Position numbers and translations under genes: made by a program. Positions 11,401 to 22,535 of a DNA stretch of 64,000 bases are shown one piece after another; the first letter of the stretch is position 1; each line of letters starts with the position of its first letter. The DNA comes from Antedon mediterranea. Lineage: Eukaryota > Animalia > Echinodermata. The DNA lies in the NCBI RefSeq assembly GCF_964355755.1, contig NC_092678.1, positions 19,113,365 through 19,177,364 of the forward strand. Direction: 5' to 3'. The notes below the pieces were generated by a model, which saw nothing but the letters and a program-made list of their open reading frames with translations, was not told the DNA's origin and did no database searches.

Positions 11401-13739
11401 AATTTTTAAATATCAGGTTAAAGAATTGACAATCACATGCTCATGTCACTAGGTCAACGTATTACTGAATATCATCTCATAATGTAACATCTATCCCGTG
11501 CTGTGTAGCCACAAGAAATAACTGAGTGAGGTGTGGTCGCAAGAAAAGAGATCCCAGCAATCTGTTTGCTGGCCATAGGGTTGTCAAAGGCGGCCTTTTG
11601 TGAAAAAGTGGTCAGGTTGAAGCTTACCAACCGTAGGGCCTGCCGGTAGCTATGGTCCTGCTCTAGCAGTTAGCGCTAAAACAACCTGTTTCTGCTTAAG
11701 TAATACATAAACAAATTAATTAATTTCTATTGCCCAAAATAGGCAGATGAGTCAAGTAAATCAAGAAATCTAAGGACAAGATATTTTACAAACTATCCTG
11801 CCCAAAATATAACTGACAAATACCTTGTTGGAAGGTGAAATTCCTTTTTCTTTGTTATTTAGAGAGTGGTGCACTGATGTGGTTGTACATAACAGACTAG
11901 ATAATGCAACAATCTTAGAGAATTTTGAACAGACTACAATATCTTCAACAACAAAAACCACAAAAACACATCTAAAAATAAACTTATTTATATGAGTAAA
12001 AGGAACCCAAGTATTCCTTTGCTTAATGAGCCTACATACTAATTACATTGGTCATGATGAAAGCCTTAGGGCTATTGCAAATTAAACCCACACAATTATC
12101 TGCTATTATATGATGCCTTAAAGCAGACACAGGCCTAGTTGTATTTGCTAAAGAAAAACAAACATAAATGTGCTGAAAAACTCAGTCTTAAAGGGGAGAT
12201 CCTGGTTTAAGATTTCTATTGTTAATTATAAAATATATACCTTAATTGCAACAACATTTGATAAACTTAATTTATTTATAAACAGCGGTGAAGCAAATAA
12301 GCCATTTTTAAAAACTGGCTGCTATACATAGGCCTACAGGACATTTTCGTAATGTAATATTTAATAACAAAATTCACCAAAATTAACTAAAATATATCAA
12401 ATTTTTTTATTTGAAGATTAAGAACAAGGACAAAGCTATTAAATTGAAGAAGTGAAAGTTAATAATATGTTTTTTTAAATAAGACACAAAATATAAAATA
12501 GTGACAATATTTTAATAAATGTGAACAGCTAGTTTACAGATATCAATTAGAAGTTGAGCCTGCCTCATTACATGATGATGCTTTACCTAACCAATGTAGG
12601 CATATATAAAAAAATATAAAAAAAAACATTGAAAATCAAATTAAGAACCAATTCTTTGGTTAAAAAACGTAAAATGTAAAAATAAAAAACATCTCCTTAC
12701 ATACTGAAAATTTAGTGTAAACTCGTCTTCCTGGCCAAACCCTGTTTTGTCTAACGAATTACTGATTTAATTACCATAATGACACTTATTTGTACAATTT
12801 TACTTGCGTATATGCAGTACTGTATGTACATTTACATGGTATTATAAAAAGATGATCTTTTTAATCTGGAGATAATCCTTACCAACAAGCATACCGTTCT
12901 GTTAGAGGTCATCACAACGCCTCTTACCAGCTGACCCCCAGCTCTGCTGGGTAATCCCACTTACTGGGTTTTTCCTCTTCCTATCCAAATTTACATGAGC
13001 TATTGAAATTGAATTAATCTTTATATTATACTAGTCCTGAATATCCAATTTATTCGGCTATTAAACGGATAGTTTAGTTCTATGCCTCTTTTTATACGTA
13101 CCTGTTATTTGAACGTAATAACACATATCCATGTTTCTGTTCTGTTTTCTTTCGACAGTCACCTGCTTTTGTTTCGAGTTGCAGCGCCCCCTATGCGATT
13201 ACCGTTTACGTTCCCTTTTTCACAGGTTTAAAGGAGCGGTCCAGGCAAAACCTTTCTATTGAAAATTATCGATGTATCTACCCCATGTTACATAATAATT
13301 ATTGTTTTGTTAATAAGCTCAGTGCGGTTACTGGTTACTAAGGATTTGTATCGGTGATGAAACAGAAATAGAAAATTTCACATTCATTTTGATTCGCTTT
13401 AACTGTTTGTTTGTGTATTTTATGTGTAAACTGACTTTGGGGTTGGGTCAACCGACTCAGCTACAGTGATTAGGTTCACTTAGGTTGACCCTGGTCTCCC
13501 AAATTTCAGGTTTTTTTAAATGTATTTTACTGAAATAGACCGAATAAATAATGAAATGAAACAAAAACTGACGAAAACAATTTTTTGTTTCATACAAGAA
13601 ATGTGTTTATTAAAATAAACAATTGTTTTGTGCTAGGGTGCGAATTTACTAAAAGAAAATATTCGTCATTACGTGTAACACTACAGTCGCTTAACCAAGC
13701 AGTTATATCTGGTGAGGTAAGTTGCAACATTATTTCAAC

Positions 13740-14400
13740 ATTTCTGATCCCTTTTCCGTTTCTTATTCATTTTTCGTTTCTTATTCATTTTTCGTTTCAC
13801 TTTCCTTTTCCGTTTCTGATTCTTTTCCGTTTCTTATTCTTTTCCGTTTCATATTCTTTTCCGTTTCTTATTCTTTTCCGTTTCATATTCTTTTCCGTTT
13901 CTTATTCTTTTCAATTAATTTTCTATTTATGCTTTCTTTTCTTGTTTTTATTCTTATTGACTTTTCTAGTTCCGATTCCTTTTCTGCTTTCGATTCCTTT
14001 TTTTGCTTCTAATTTCTCTTCTGCTTCCGATGTCTTTTTTGCTTCTAATTTCTCTTCTGCTTTCGATGTCTTTTCTGCATCCAATTTCTTTTTTGCATCC
14101 GATTCGTTTTCTGCTTCCGGTTCCTTTTCTGCTTCCGATTACTTTTCTGCTTTTAATTTCTTTTTTTCTTCCGATGTCTCTTCTGCCTCCGATGTCTTTT
14201 CTGCTTCCAATATCTTTTCTCCTTCCAATGTCTTTTCTGCTTCCGATTTCTTTTCTGCTTCCGATGTCTTTTCTGCTTCCGATGTCTTTTCTGCTTCCGA
14301 TGTCTTTTCTTCATCCAATTTCTTTTCTGCATCCGATTTATTTTCAGCTTTCGAACCATTTTCTGTTATCGATTCCTTTTCTGGAACCGATTTCTTGTCA
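13740..14400. repeat. Compound 17/18-bp minisatellite (CTTTTCCGTTTCTTATT; CTTTTCTGCTTCCGATGT)
   Basis: Tandem units explain the overlapping low-complexity ORFs in several frames. Confidence 0.85.
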
Positions 14401-15676
14401 TTTTAATTTCATTATTCATCTCAAACACCCAGCCCAAATGCTGTACTAGTGTTTAAGGCCATTTGCCGCCTGGGTTCTTTTCTAATGTTGTCAATCTAGG
14501 TGTTCGTTCAAGTTTTATTGTAAATCCATTCAGGTTCATATTTGATTGGTGTTCGTTCAAGTTTTATTGTAAACACAGCTTCATATTTTATTCGATAACG
14601 ACAACGTGGTCCCTAATTACGCATGCGCAATAAGATTACTTTGATTAACCTAATTGTTGGTTTCACAAGGCGGGATCTCCGAGGAAGAAGACATAATTAG
14701 ATGTTTTCCCATAATAATAATAATAATAAAGTAGCAATATTCGTGATATTTTCAAATCATTATCAGATTGTTATCAGTTTTATCTTCGCTCGTCGACTTT
14801 TCTAATAGTTTATATTATTATGCAACGGTTTTTGATTATCATGATAACAATTAAACGAATACAAGCAGAAGTTGTATTGCTTTTTAACATTTATTTTGAT
14901 AACTAAGCATTATCATTAACAACTATATTATTTGATAACAAGTTTTCAATACGATTTAAAATTACCGTAACTACACTTTGGTTATTTTGCATAGCAAACA
15001 CCAAGAATAATTTGAATTATTTTTTGGTCAACATTGCTTACTACTTACGAGTACTGTATAATATATACTACTGTACATATTCATAAAAAAAAATGAATAT
15101 TTTATCTGGTTATTGATATTTATATGCAATTTCTATTTCATATCTTATTTTTTAATGAATACTAAAAGAAAGACAACAATGAATTAAGCCTACTTTCGTA
15201 TTTCTATTCGGCATATTATCTGTAAACTTACTGAAGTACAGTAATTATAAAATGAAAAAAAGTAAATTTGGTAGTTGGTGGGTTATGAAAAATACACATT
15301 ATAACATTTTACGCCCCTCAATATTGAAACCCAGTATTGTCGAAAGCATCAAGCGTCTAAACTATAATACAACAAGAGTACGGTGGTAGATGCAACCCAG
15401 TTTGATTTATGTATACACAAACTTGGATCTACGGTCTACTGGTCTTGTCGAACTTACTCTAGGCTACTGCAGTAACTGCATTAAATGTGATAACATATTA
15501 TTTTAGTTTCTTTTAATGAAGATTAAGAGGCAATCAATGCAACAAACTATAGTTATTATTAACCTGAAAACTTGCTAAATAGTAGGTTTAAGAGTAAAGA
15601 AGAATACTTACTGCAGTAACTGCAGTAGAATAATTTTGACGTGGTCCCTGAACAGTGGGAATCGGAATAAACTTAT

Positions 15677-16276
15677 CTAATCTGGACAAGACTGAATGGT
15701 GTCCAGAAGTTGGTTCTTGATGTCTTCTGTGATAACGGACATGTCTGAGAATACGATTGCGTTTCGAATTGCGTCAACCTGTCCATCGATGTCGTTAACA
15801 TGGGTGCTATGGAACGTTTCTGGTGTGTAGCTGCTATTCTGACTCTTGATTAAGCACTCAATTGTTTGATAGAGCGCACGTGCCTTGCGTTTCACAACCG
15901 TTCGCCTTGCATCATTAGATCCATTTTTCTCCGTGTCGTAGTGAACGAGTAGCGATAGCCGTCTGTGGAAGAGTTTCAGCCACGCTGTGTCAGTATTACT
16001 AACTAAATTTTGACCTAAGTCAAAGATTAAACTCCCTGTGTTTGTGAACGGTATACTGGCGGTCATACTGTTTGTATAGTTCAGCAAAATCACCTCCAAC
16101 TCTAACCTGGCGTTTTCAAGAAGAGCCGGCTTGCAGACAAGTTGGTCGTCAACCATTGATGATGTGTCGACAGACGAACAGCTGTTGCGACGATGCCGTC
16201 GGCATGATGTTGGCGTTAACAGTAGGCCTAGCCCCATAATAGCAATACAAATTCTCTGTACTGTGGAATATCTCAT
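15677..16276 (-). CDS. Secreted 199-aa protein, putative long-chain four-helix-bundle cytokine-like (paralog A), single coding exon
   Basis: Intact ATG-stop ORF, GC-richer than its flanks. Hydrophobic signal peptide, then RRHRR. Four Cys in the mature part, amphipathic helical segments, and roughly 35% identity by hand alignment to the neighbouring ORF. TATAAAA ~55 bp upstream. The gene call is strong; the cytokine call is inference. Confidence 0.85.
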   Translation of the reverse strand: MRYSTVQRICIAIMGLGLLLTPTSCRRHRRNSCSSVDTSSMVDDQLVCKPALLENARLELEVILLNYTNSMTASIPFTNTGSLIFDLGQNLVSNTDTAWLKLFHRRLSLLVHYDTEKNGSNDARRTVVKRKARALYQTIECLIKSQNSSYTPETFHSTHVNDIDGQVDAIRNAIVFSDMSVITEDIKNQLLDTIQSCPD

Positions 16277-16330
16277 GTTGAATAGTTAGTTTTTCACAAA
16301 TATGATTAAGGATTCTCCAAGAAGTTCTAC

Positions 16331-16585
16331 TTTTATACGATTCCATGATGCTTATTTGCAGCAGACCCTAAACGGGAATTTCTCTAATGCTAGATATTAC
16401 GAAAATAGTCTGACTATATGTTGCGAATTATGTCATTGTAAAAGAAAGGGTACATGGCAACGATCGATTTTGATATGGAATCAATAAACTCCACTACCGT
16501 TGAAAACACCATTTACTAACCATCGTATCAGAATGTTACGGACAGGAATAGTGTAATTTAAGATCAACGCTACCGGAAATGGAAA
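16331..16585 (-). promoter_or_regulatory. Putative promoter of paralog A: TATA box, kappaB-like and IRF-like motifs
   Basis: TATAAAA on - at 16331-16337. GGGAATTTCT at 16374-16383 (9/10 match to GGGRNWYYCC). GAAATGGAAA at 16576-16585 (GAAANNGAAA). Confidence 0.5.
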
Positions 16586-17599
16586 TAATATTGCACATAA
16601 TTTAGTGAAATATTACATTTTACAGATACCAAGGATATGTCCAGTATTGGAAATTATGTTATACCTATTTTGTGTTGGAAAACATCGGTGGTTTCGTTTT
16701 TTAATATTGCTGAAATTGGTCTGTGATAAGGTTTTATCGACTTCGCATCGTGACGTGTTTGATAGAAGTTATGTTATGTCGAAAGATTGAACTATATTGA
16801 GTACCCTGATGATTGTTTTGTAAACTTTAGTAAATTGTACGTAATTTTAAAGGGAAAAAATCGTTGATAAAGCTGCTAAAAAGAAAAACAAAGTCCCATT
16901 TAAAGTGCTTTTTAAAACTTTATTAAATATTGAGTAATTAAATAAAGGTATACAACCAATGTTTACAGTTATTTTAGTACAAATTCATATCTAATTAGAT
17001 ATGTGTCATATAACATCGTGTAAATAATCGCCAAACAAATACAATTGGCCTTCTATAAAGTTCTCTACAATATTTTGATAATTCAATAAAATTAATCACA
17101 AGAACGTCTATGCAACTAAAAATATTAATATTATTAAGATTTTATAGAAAGTAAATAGAAATATAATTCAATAATGTTTCATTATCAGTTTGTAAACAAT
17201 AGCAAAAATATTATATTTTTCTACAACAACGTTCCACGTGGATCCAATCCAAAACGTGAAAGAGCTCGAAGTGGGTTATTTTAAACCCTTTTAAAATGTA
17301 AATGAACATTGAATTAACGGATTTAATGAGAGAAGAACATTGATAAATATGTTGTTATTCTAAATAATGCCTCTATAAAGTGCATTTAGTTCATGTTAAA
17401 ATTCTGAATTCTGATTACAAAATAGTTTTAATAATTTGCATAGCAAATACTTATAATTATAGCTTAACTAGCTTGTTGATAACTGTCGTAGCAGTTTACT
17501 TAATTAATATAATGTTTATCTCTTTCACAATTTCACAAACTTAAAACGTTAATAAAAAAGTCAAATAGAACGATGTGCCGTCAGTTCAACCGGATTTTT

Positions 17600-18178
17600 C
17601 TAGCAGGAGGTCAGGTCACCGATAAGTTTATCGTTGATAGCTTTTCCAATGTTCTTTAAGTCGTGACTGAGGATCGCCTTCCTGGTGTCATTGATTTGAC
17701 GATCAAGATCATCAACATCGCTGTCGTCAAATGTAGGAGCTGTATAGCTACTATCTGTACGTTTGATGACGCACTTCATATAAGTTAGCAGATTGTTCAC
17801 TTTGTTTGTCACAACGTTGTCTCCGTTTATGTCCTTTTCCTTCTCGTAGTGAGCAAGGTGAGCTAGACGTTTGTAGAACGCCTTCATTGCCTCGATGTCA
17901 GTGTTATGATTTCCTTCTGGTAACTTGAAAATCGGCGTGCTTAATCCGGTTCCGAATAACTCTGTTTCAATCGGAGTTGTGCGATTTCCAAGCGTCACAC
18001 TAAGTTCTTCTAAAAGATCATCCAGTTTTCCAGGCTTACAAGTAAACTGATCATTGACAATGGTTGCATCGTTAATGTCTGAACAACAGTTGGTGGACCG
18101 CCGGTGCCTAGGAAAGGCTATGGATTCTGCTGCCAACAAGAAGATAACTGCGACCATCAATCCTTTGAATACTGCCAT
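17600..18178 (-). CDS. Secreted 192-aa protein, putative long-chain four-helix-bundle cytokine-like (paralog B), single coding exon
   Basis: Intact ORF with signal peptide MAVFKGLMVAVIFLLAAESIA, then FPRHRR. Five Cys. Shares DQxxCKP, NTD, RLxxLxHY, CxIK, SSYT, RxAI and a near-terminal SC with paralog A. TATATAAA on - at 18280-18287. Confidence 0.85.
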   Translation of the reverse strand: MAVFKGLMVAVIFLLAAESIAFPRHRRSTNCCSDINDATIVNDQFTCKPGKLDDLLEELSVTLGNRTTPIETELFGTGLSTPIFKLPEGNHNTDIEAMKAFYKRLAHLAHYEKEKDINGDNVVTNKVNNLLTYMKCVIKRTDSSYTAPTFDDSDVDDLDRQINDTRKAILSHDLKNIGKAINDKLIGDLTSC

Positions 18179-18925
18179 TATATTTTGTTAATGAGCTCTT
18201 CTATCTCAGTACAAGATGCTTCTATGTTTGGTATTTCAGTCCAACAAGGGTAATACTGACCATCGCCAAAGCACCCATATTTATATACCGTGCTGTCGCT
18301 TGGACTTTTTTTCATAATTACCGAACTATAGATAAACTTTTAAAAGTTTGTGACATCCGGTATATCCCAAAATCGATTTTAGCAATAGATGCTTTCATTA
18401 CTGTGACCAAAATAGATATATTGATTCTTGTATATCTGAATGGACACTTTGTATAGGGGCGATTTCAACCATTTCAATCGTATGTTGCATCTTCTAAATT
18501 CTTTCTAAACAATCTAATAAAATTAAACTTATTATCTAATGTTAATTAGAAATATTCACTTTAAAAAAGCTTGTTAGTAAACATTGTAGAACAATAGATC
18601 ATTGCTTTTTTTTTAAATTTATATTGATTCCGCCAAAATAATTTACAGTAGAGTCAAAGTAGCATGACTCGGGAACTTATTTTAAGAGTTTGTTTGGACC
18701 TCTCTTAGTACGAGTTTATTGTAACTATCTCTTAAGTTTATGTGGAGCTCTCTTCTTGGGAGTTTCGTTAGAACATAATTCTCTCTCTCTCTCTCAGAAT
18801 TTATTTGAACTCCCTTACGAATTTGGAACTCTCTTAGGAGTTAATTCGGAACTACATTAGAAGTTTATTTGGAACTCCCATTGGAGTTTATTCGGAATTC
18901 CCTTAGGAGTTTATTTTGAACTTTT

Positions 18926-19766
18926 TAGGGGTTTATTTGGAGGTACTCCCATAGGAGTTTATTTGGAGGTACTCCCATAGGAGTTTATTTTGAGGTACTC
19001 CCATAGGAGTTTATTTGGAGGTACTCCCATAGGAGTTTATTTTGAGGTACTCCCATAGGAGTTTATTTTGAGGTACTCCCATAGGAGTTTATTTTGAGGT
19101 ACTCCCATAGGAGTTTATTTTGAGGTACTCCCATAGGAGTTTATTTGGAGGTACTCCCATAGGAGTTTATTTGGAGGTACTCCCATAGGAGTTTATTTTG
19201 AGGTACTCCCATAGGAGTTTATTTTGAGGTACTCCCATAGGAGTTTATTTTGAACTTTTTAGGGGTTTATTTGGAGGTACTCCCATAGGAGTTTATTTGG
19301 AGGTACTCCCATAGGAGTTTATTTGGAGGTACTCCCATAGGAGTTTATTTGGAGGTACTCCCATAGGAGTTTATTTGGATGTACTCCCATAGGAGTTTAT
19401 TTTGAGGTACTCCCATAGGAGTTTATTTTGAGGTACTCCCATAGGAGTTTATTTGGAGGTACTCCCATAGCAGTTTATTTGGAGGTACTCCCATAGGAGT
19501 TTATTTGGAGGTACTCCCATAGGAGTTTATTTTGAGGTACTCCCATAGGAGTTTATTTTGAGGTACTCCCATAGGAGTTTATTTGGAGGTACTCCCATAG
19601 GAGTTTATTTGGAGGTACTCCCATAGCAGTTTATTTGGAGGTACTCCCATAGGAGTTTATTTGGATGTACTCCCATAGGAGTTTATTTTGAGGTACTCCC
19701 ATAGGAGTTTATTTGGAGGTACTCCCATAGGAGTTTATTTTGAGGTACTCCCATAGGAGTTTATTT
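18926..19766. repeat. 26-bp minisatellite (GGAGTTTATTTGGAGGTACTCCCATA), ~32 copies, with degenerate flanking units from ~18670
   Basis: Near-identical head-to-tail units with no spacers. Confidence 0.95.
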
Positions 19767-21551
19767 AAAACTCTTTAGGAGTTTTTTTTTTTGGAACACT
19801 CGTCGGAGTTTATTTGTTGGAACTCTTTTTGGAATTTATTTCAGTAGTTTTTCTCTCGCATAACACAACATTTAAAATAAATGTTTAAGAATAATTTTTT
19901 ATATAGAATAAATGAAAATTGTTTTCAATATTAGCAATGAGATGGCATGATTAGGCCTCGGATATGAAATGTTATGCAATATACAGTAGGCCTGCTCTGT
20001 ATAGGTCTAGCGTGAGTTTGTGCACGTGATATGAAAGCTGCAATTTAATAGATAAGTATGAAATAATTTGATTATCTGATAAACGATAAAGTTGTATAAT
20101 ACAGTATTATGATTCATTTAAATTGTGTTCATGTTTAAATAGAGAACACCGTAGGACTCCTTAAGGGGACACTTCTGGAACACAGCAAAGCATCCCTTTA
20201 ACAGAGGTCGTTGTGTGTTAACCACTTCAATTCCCCCTTTCTTGTTTCATTAGAAAGTGTCCCCATATACATCCCGAAAATCTAGTGTTAGCATTGACTT
20301 ATTTTACTATTTTTAATTCATATCATTTATGTTTTTCTTACAGGAGATCGGCCAGGCGGCGACGTATCTGTTATATGCCTTTGATGATCTACAGTAGATA
20401 TCTGACACAGTCTGCGTAGAATTTCTTTTTAAATCCAATAATTATACTTTTTAGACAATTCTTTCCTTTCAAGTTGGCTTGGTAGTATTCGATTAAAATA
20501 TATTCTTTGAATGAAAGAACAGTAGGACTATCATTCCCAAATACTGTTTAACATAAAGATATAGTTGTGTTGCCTAAGTTTAAAACCTATACAGTTATTA
20601 AAACAAAAGAAAATAGTGTATTTTTTTTGTTATCACCAGGCCTATTTTTTCTAGTATTACTTTTAAATACAAAACAGAACGGTTTCAAGATAAGAAATGA
20701 CATAAGCCGGATTAAATGCAAAACTAATATAGTGTCCGATCTCTTTGTAATATCATATTTTTCTGCGTTTGAAAATACAACAATCAAATCAACCTTAATA
20801 ACACTCGTTACATGTAAGACAAATCATTTGACGTCATTAAATGAAATACAAGAAAATGTCCCCAATAACATAACATTTTGAGTTTTTGTATTGGAGCATG
20901 CTATTAACTTCTTTGAATACTAGAGGCCTTGCTTAAAATACATTATTTATGTTAGAGACTAGGTTGTTTTCGCCACCTCCTCAACGCAGGGAAGTAAGCG
21001 CGCCGCAAGTGATTTGACCAACCACGAAGCATAAAATCCAACCTGTCGCTTATACGATTTGTGGTCAACTCGCTTGTTTGTGACGCTACGAAAGTAACGC
21101 TTTGGAATGAAGGAATTCTGGAAAATCCTATCTGTTTTATGGACACCTCGGTGCAGGAGCAAATCAATAAACATACCACGCACTGAAATTATTAGTTCAT
21201 GGTTGATTAGCTAGAAGTTCGATTACTTAGTTGAGAATGCAATCAAATTGCATAATTGTTTGTTTCCACTAACCCGTCATTTGGTAATAGTGGTAGTAAA
21301 GGTAAGGACTTACCACTGACCAATGTTGACTTATAGGCCTATTACTCCTAAACTTATGTAAACCATTAAATATGAAGACACACGTTTCTGCAGCATTGAA
21401 TGTCTCTCGATGGCATAACGCAACCAAATTACGAGTATGTATTATTTTTCGGTATGTACGGTCTTTATGATGAAAATTCATACAACATTAACTGTAGTAC
21501 ATTTTACGATTAGTTCCTCAATGTTGCGTATGGGAGCGGGAAGCGATTTTA

Positions 21552-22015
21552 TTTTTCGTACATAAGTTGGAGACCCCTTATGTGAAAGATAGCCGAACTA
21601 AACCTAACCCTCTAAATAATCTCTGTCACACTATAAAGTAAAAAGAAGTTGCTCATGGGATTCGAACCCCATACATCGACATGTAAAGTTTGTCAAGTCA
21701 AGTATTGTCATTTGTAAACAAATAAAAAACATTGAACGGTTTCGGTTAATAAAAAATAAATAGAAGTTGAACTACGTGTTCAAACTATCCCCCGCCGGAC
21801 ACCATCCTGGTATTTAGAACTGGTTTCGGGGTTGGTAACAAACTAACTAACTAGTCAATTCCACTCGACAACACAGACAGAAAGCGTTTGCATTTGCGAA
21901 GAATTATAGTTAACTTAATGCTTACGTTACCTTTATGGATGGATATGATTGAATGAATATTCATGTTTAATTTGTGACGTTTCACGTGAGGAGTCCCCAA
22001 CTTATGTACGAAAAG
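21552..22015. mobile_element. MITE-like element with terminal inverted repeats
   Basis: TTTTCGTACATAAGTTGGAGAC... pairs with ...GTCCCCAACTTATGTACGAAAA. Confidence 0.6.
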
Positions 22016-22149
22016 AAATATAGCAATCGGGAATGCTTAAGTAGAGCCAGTATCAAAACTAGTGACTATATAATTTAGTGCTAGTAATAGTAAGAAATCA
22101 ATAATGGTGGTTATACACAACCAAAATAATACACCTTAAAAAAACAATT

Positions 22150-22535
22150 ATTTGTGCCCATGTATGATAGGCCCCTATATCTATAATTGGGTTTAGAAAT
22201 ATAGAGAGTTTGAGAATCATTGAGTCAACATTTAGCAACATTTATACAGAACCAAGATATAGGCCTATACCAAACTTATTTGTGCCTTATATACGATTGC
22301 GTTCAGAAACCGAGAACAAATTGCGTCAACATTTAACATTCAACTCTTCTTCATGTATGGTTATCTATAATTGCGTTCAGAGACACATAGATAGTTTGAT
22401 AATCATTGCGTCAACAATTAGCAACATTTATACAGAACAAAGATACCAAATTTATTTTTGCCCATGTATGATTATATACGATTGCGTTCAGAAACCGAGA
22501 ATAATTGCGTCAACATTTAACATTCAACTCTTTTT
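22150..22535. repeat. Degenerate tandem repeat (GATTGCGTTCAGAAACCGAGA...GCGTCAACATTTA)
   Basis: Several imperfect copies; explains ORF 22210..22635. Confidence 0.65.

Noticed and set aside
13585-14449. 273-aa, 148-aa and 96-aa Phe/Ser/Leu-rich ORFs as membrane proteins
   Set aside because: They are by-products of a pyrimidine-rich minisatellite that is open in several frames.
18926-19766. CRISPR-like array of 26-bp partly palindromic repeats
   Set aside because: Units are contiguous with no unique spacers, there are no cas genes, and the context is eukaryotic; it is a minisatellite.
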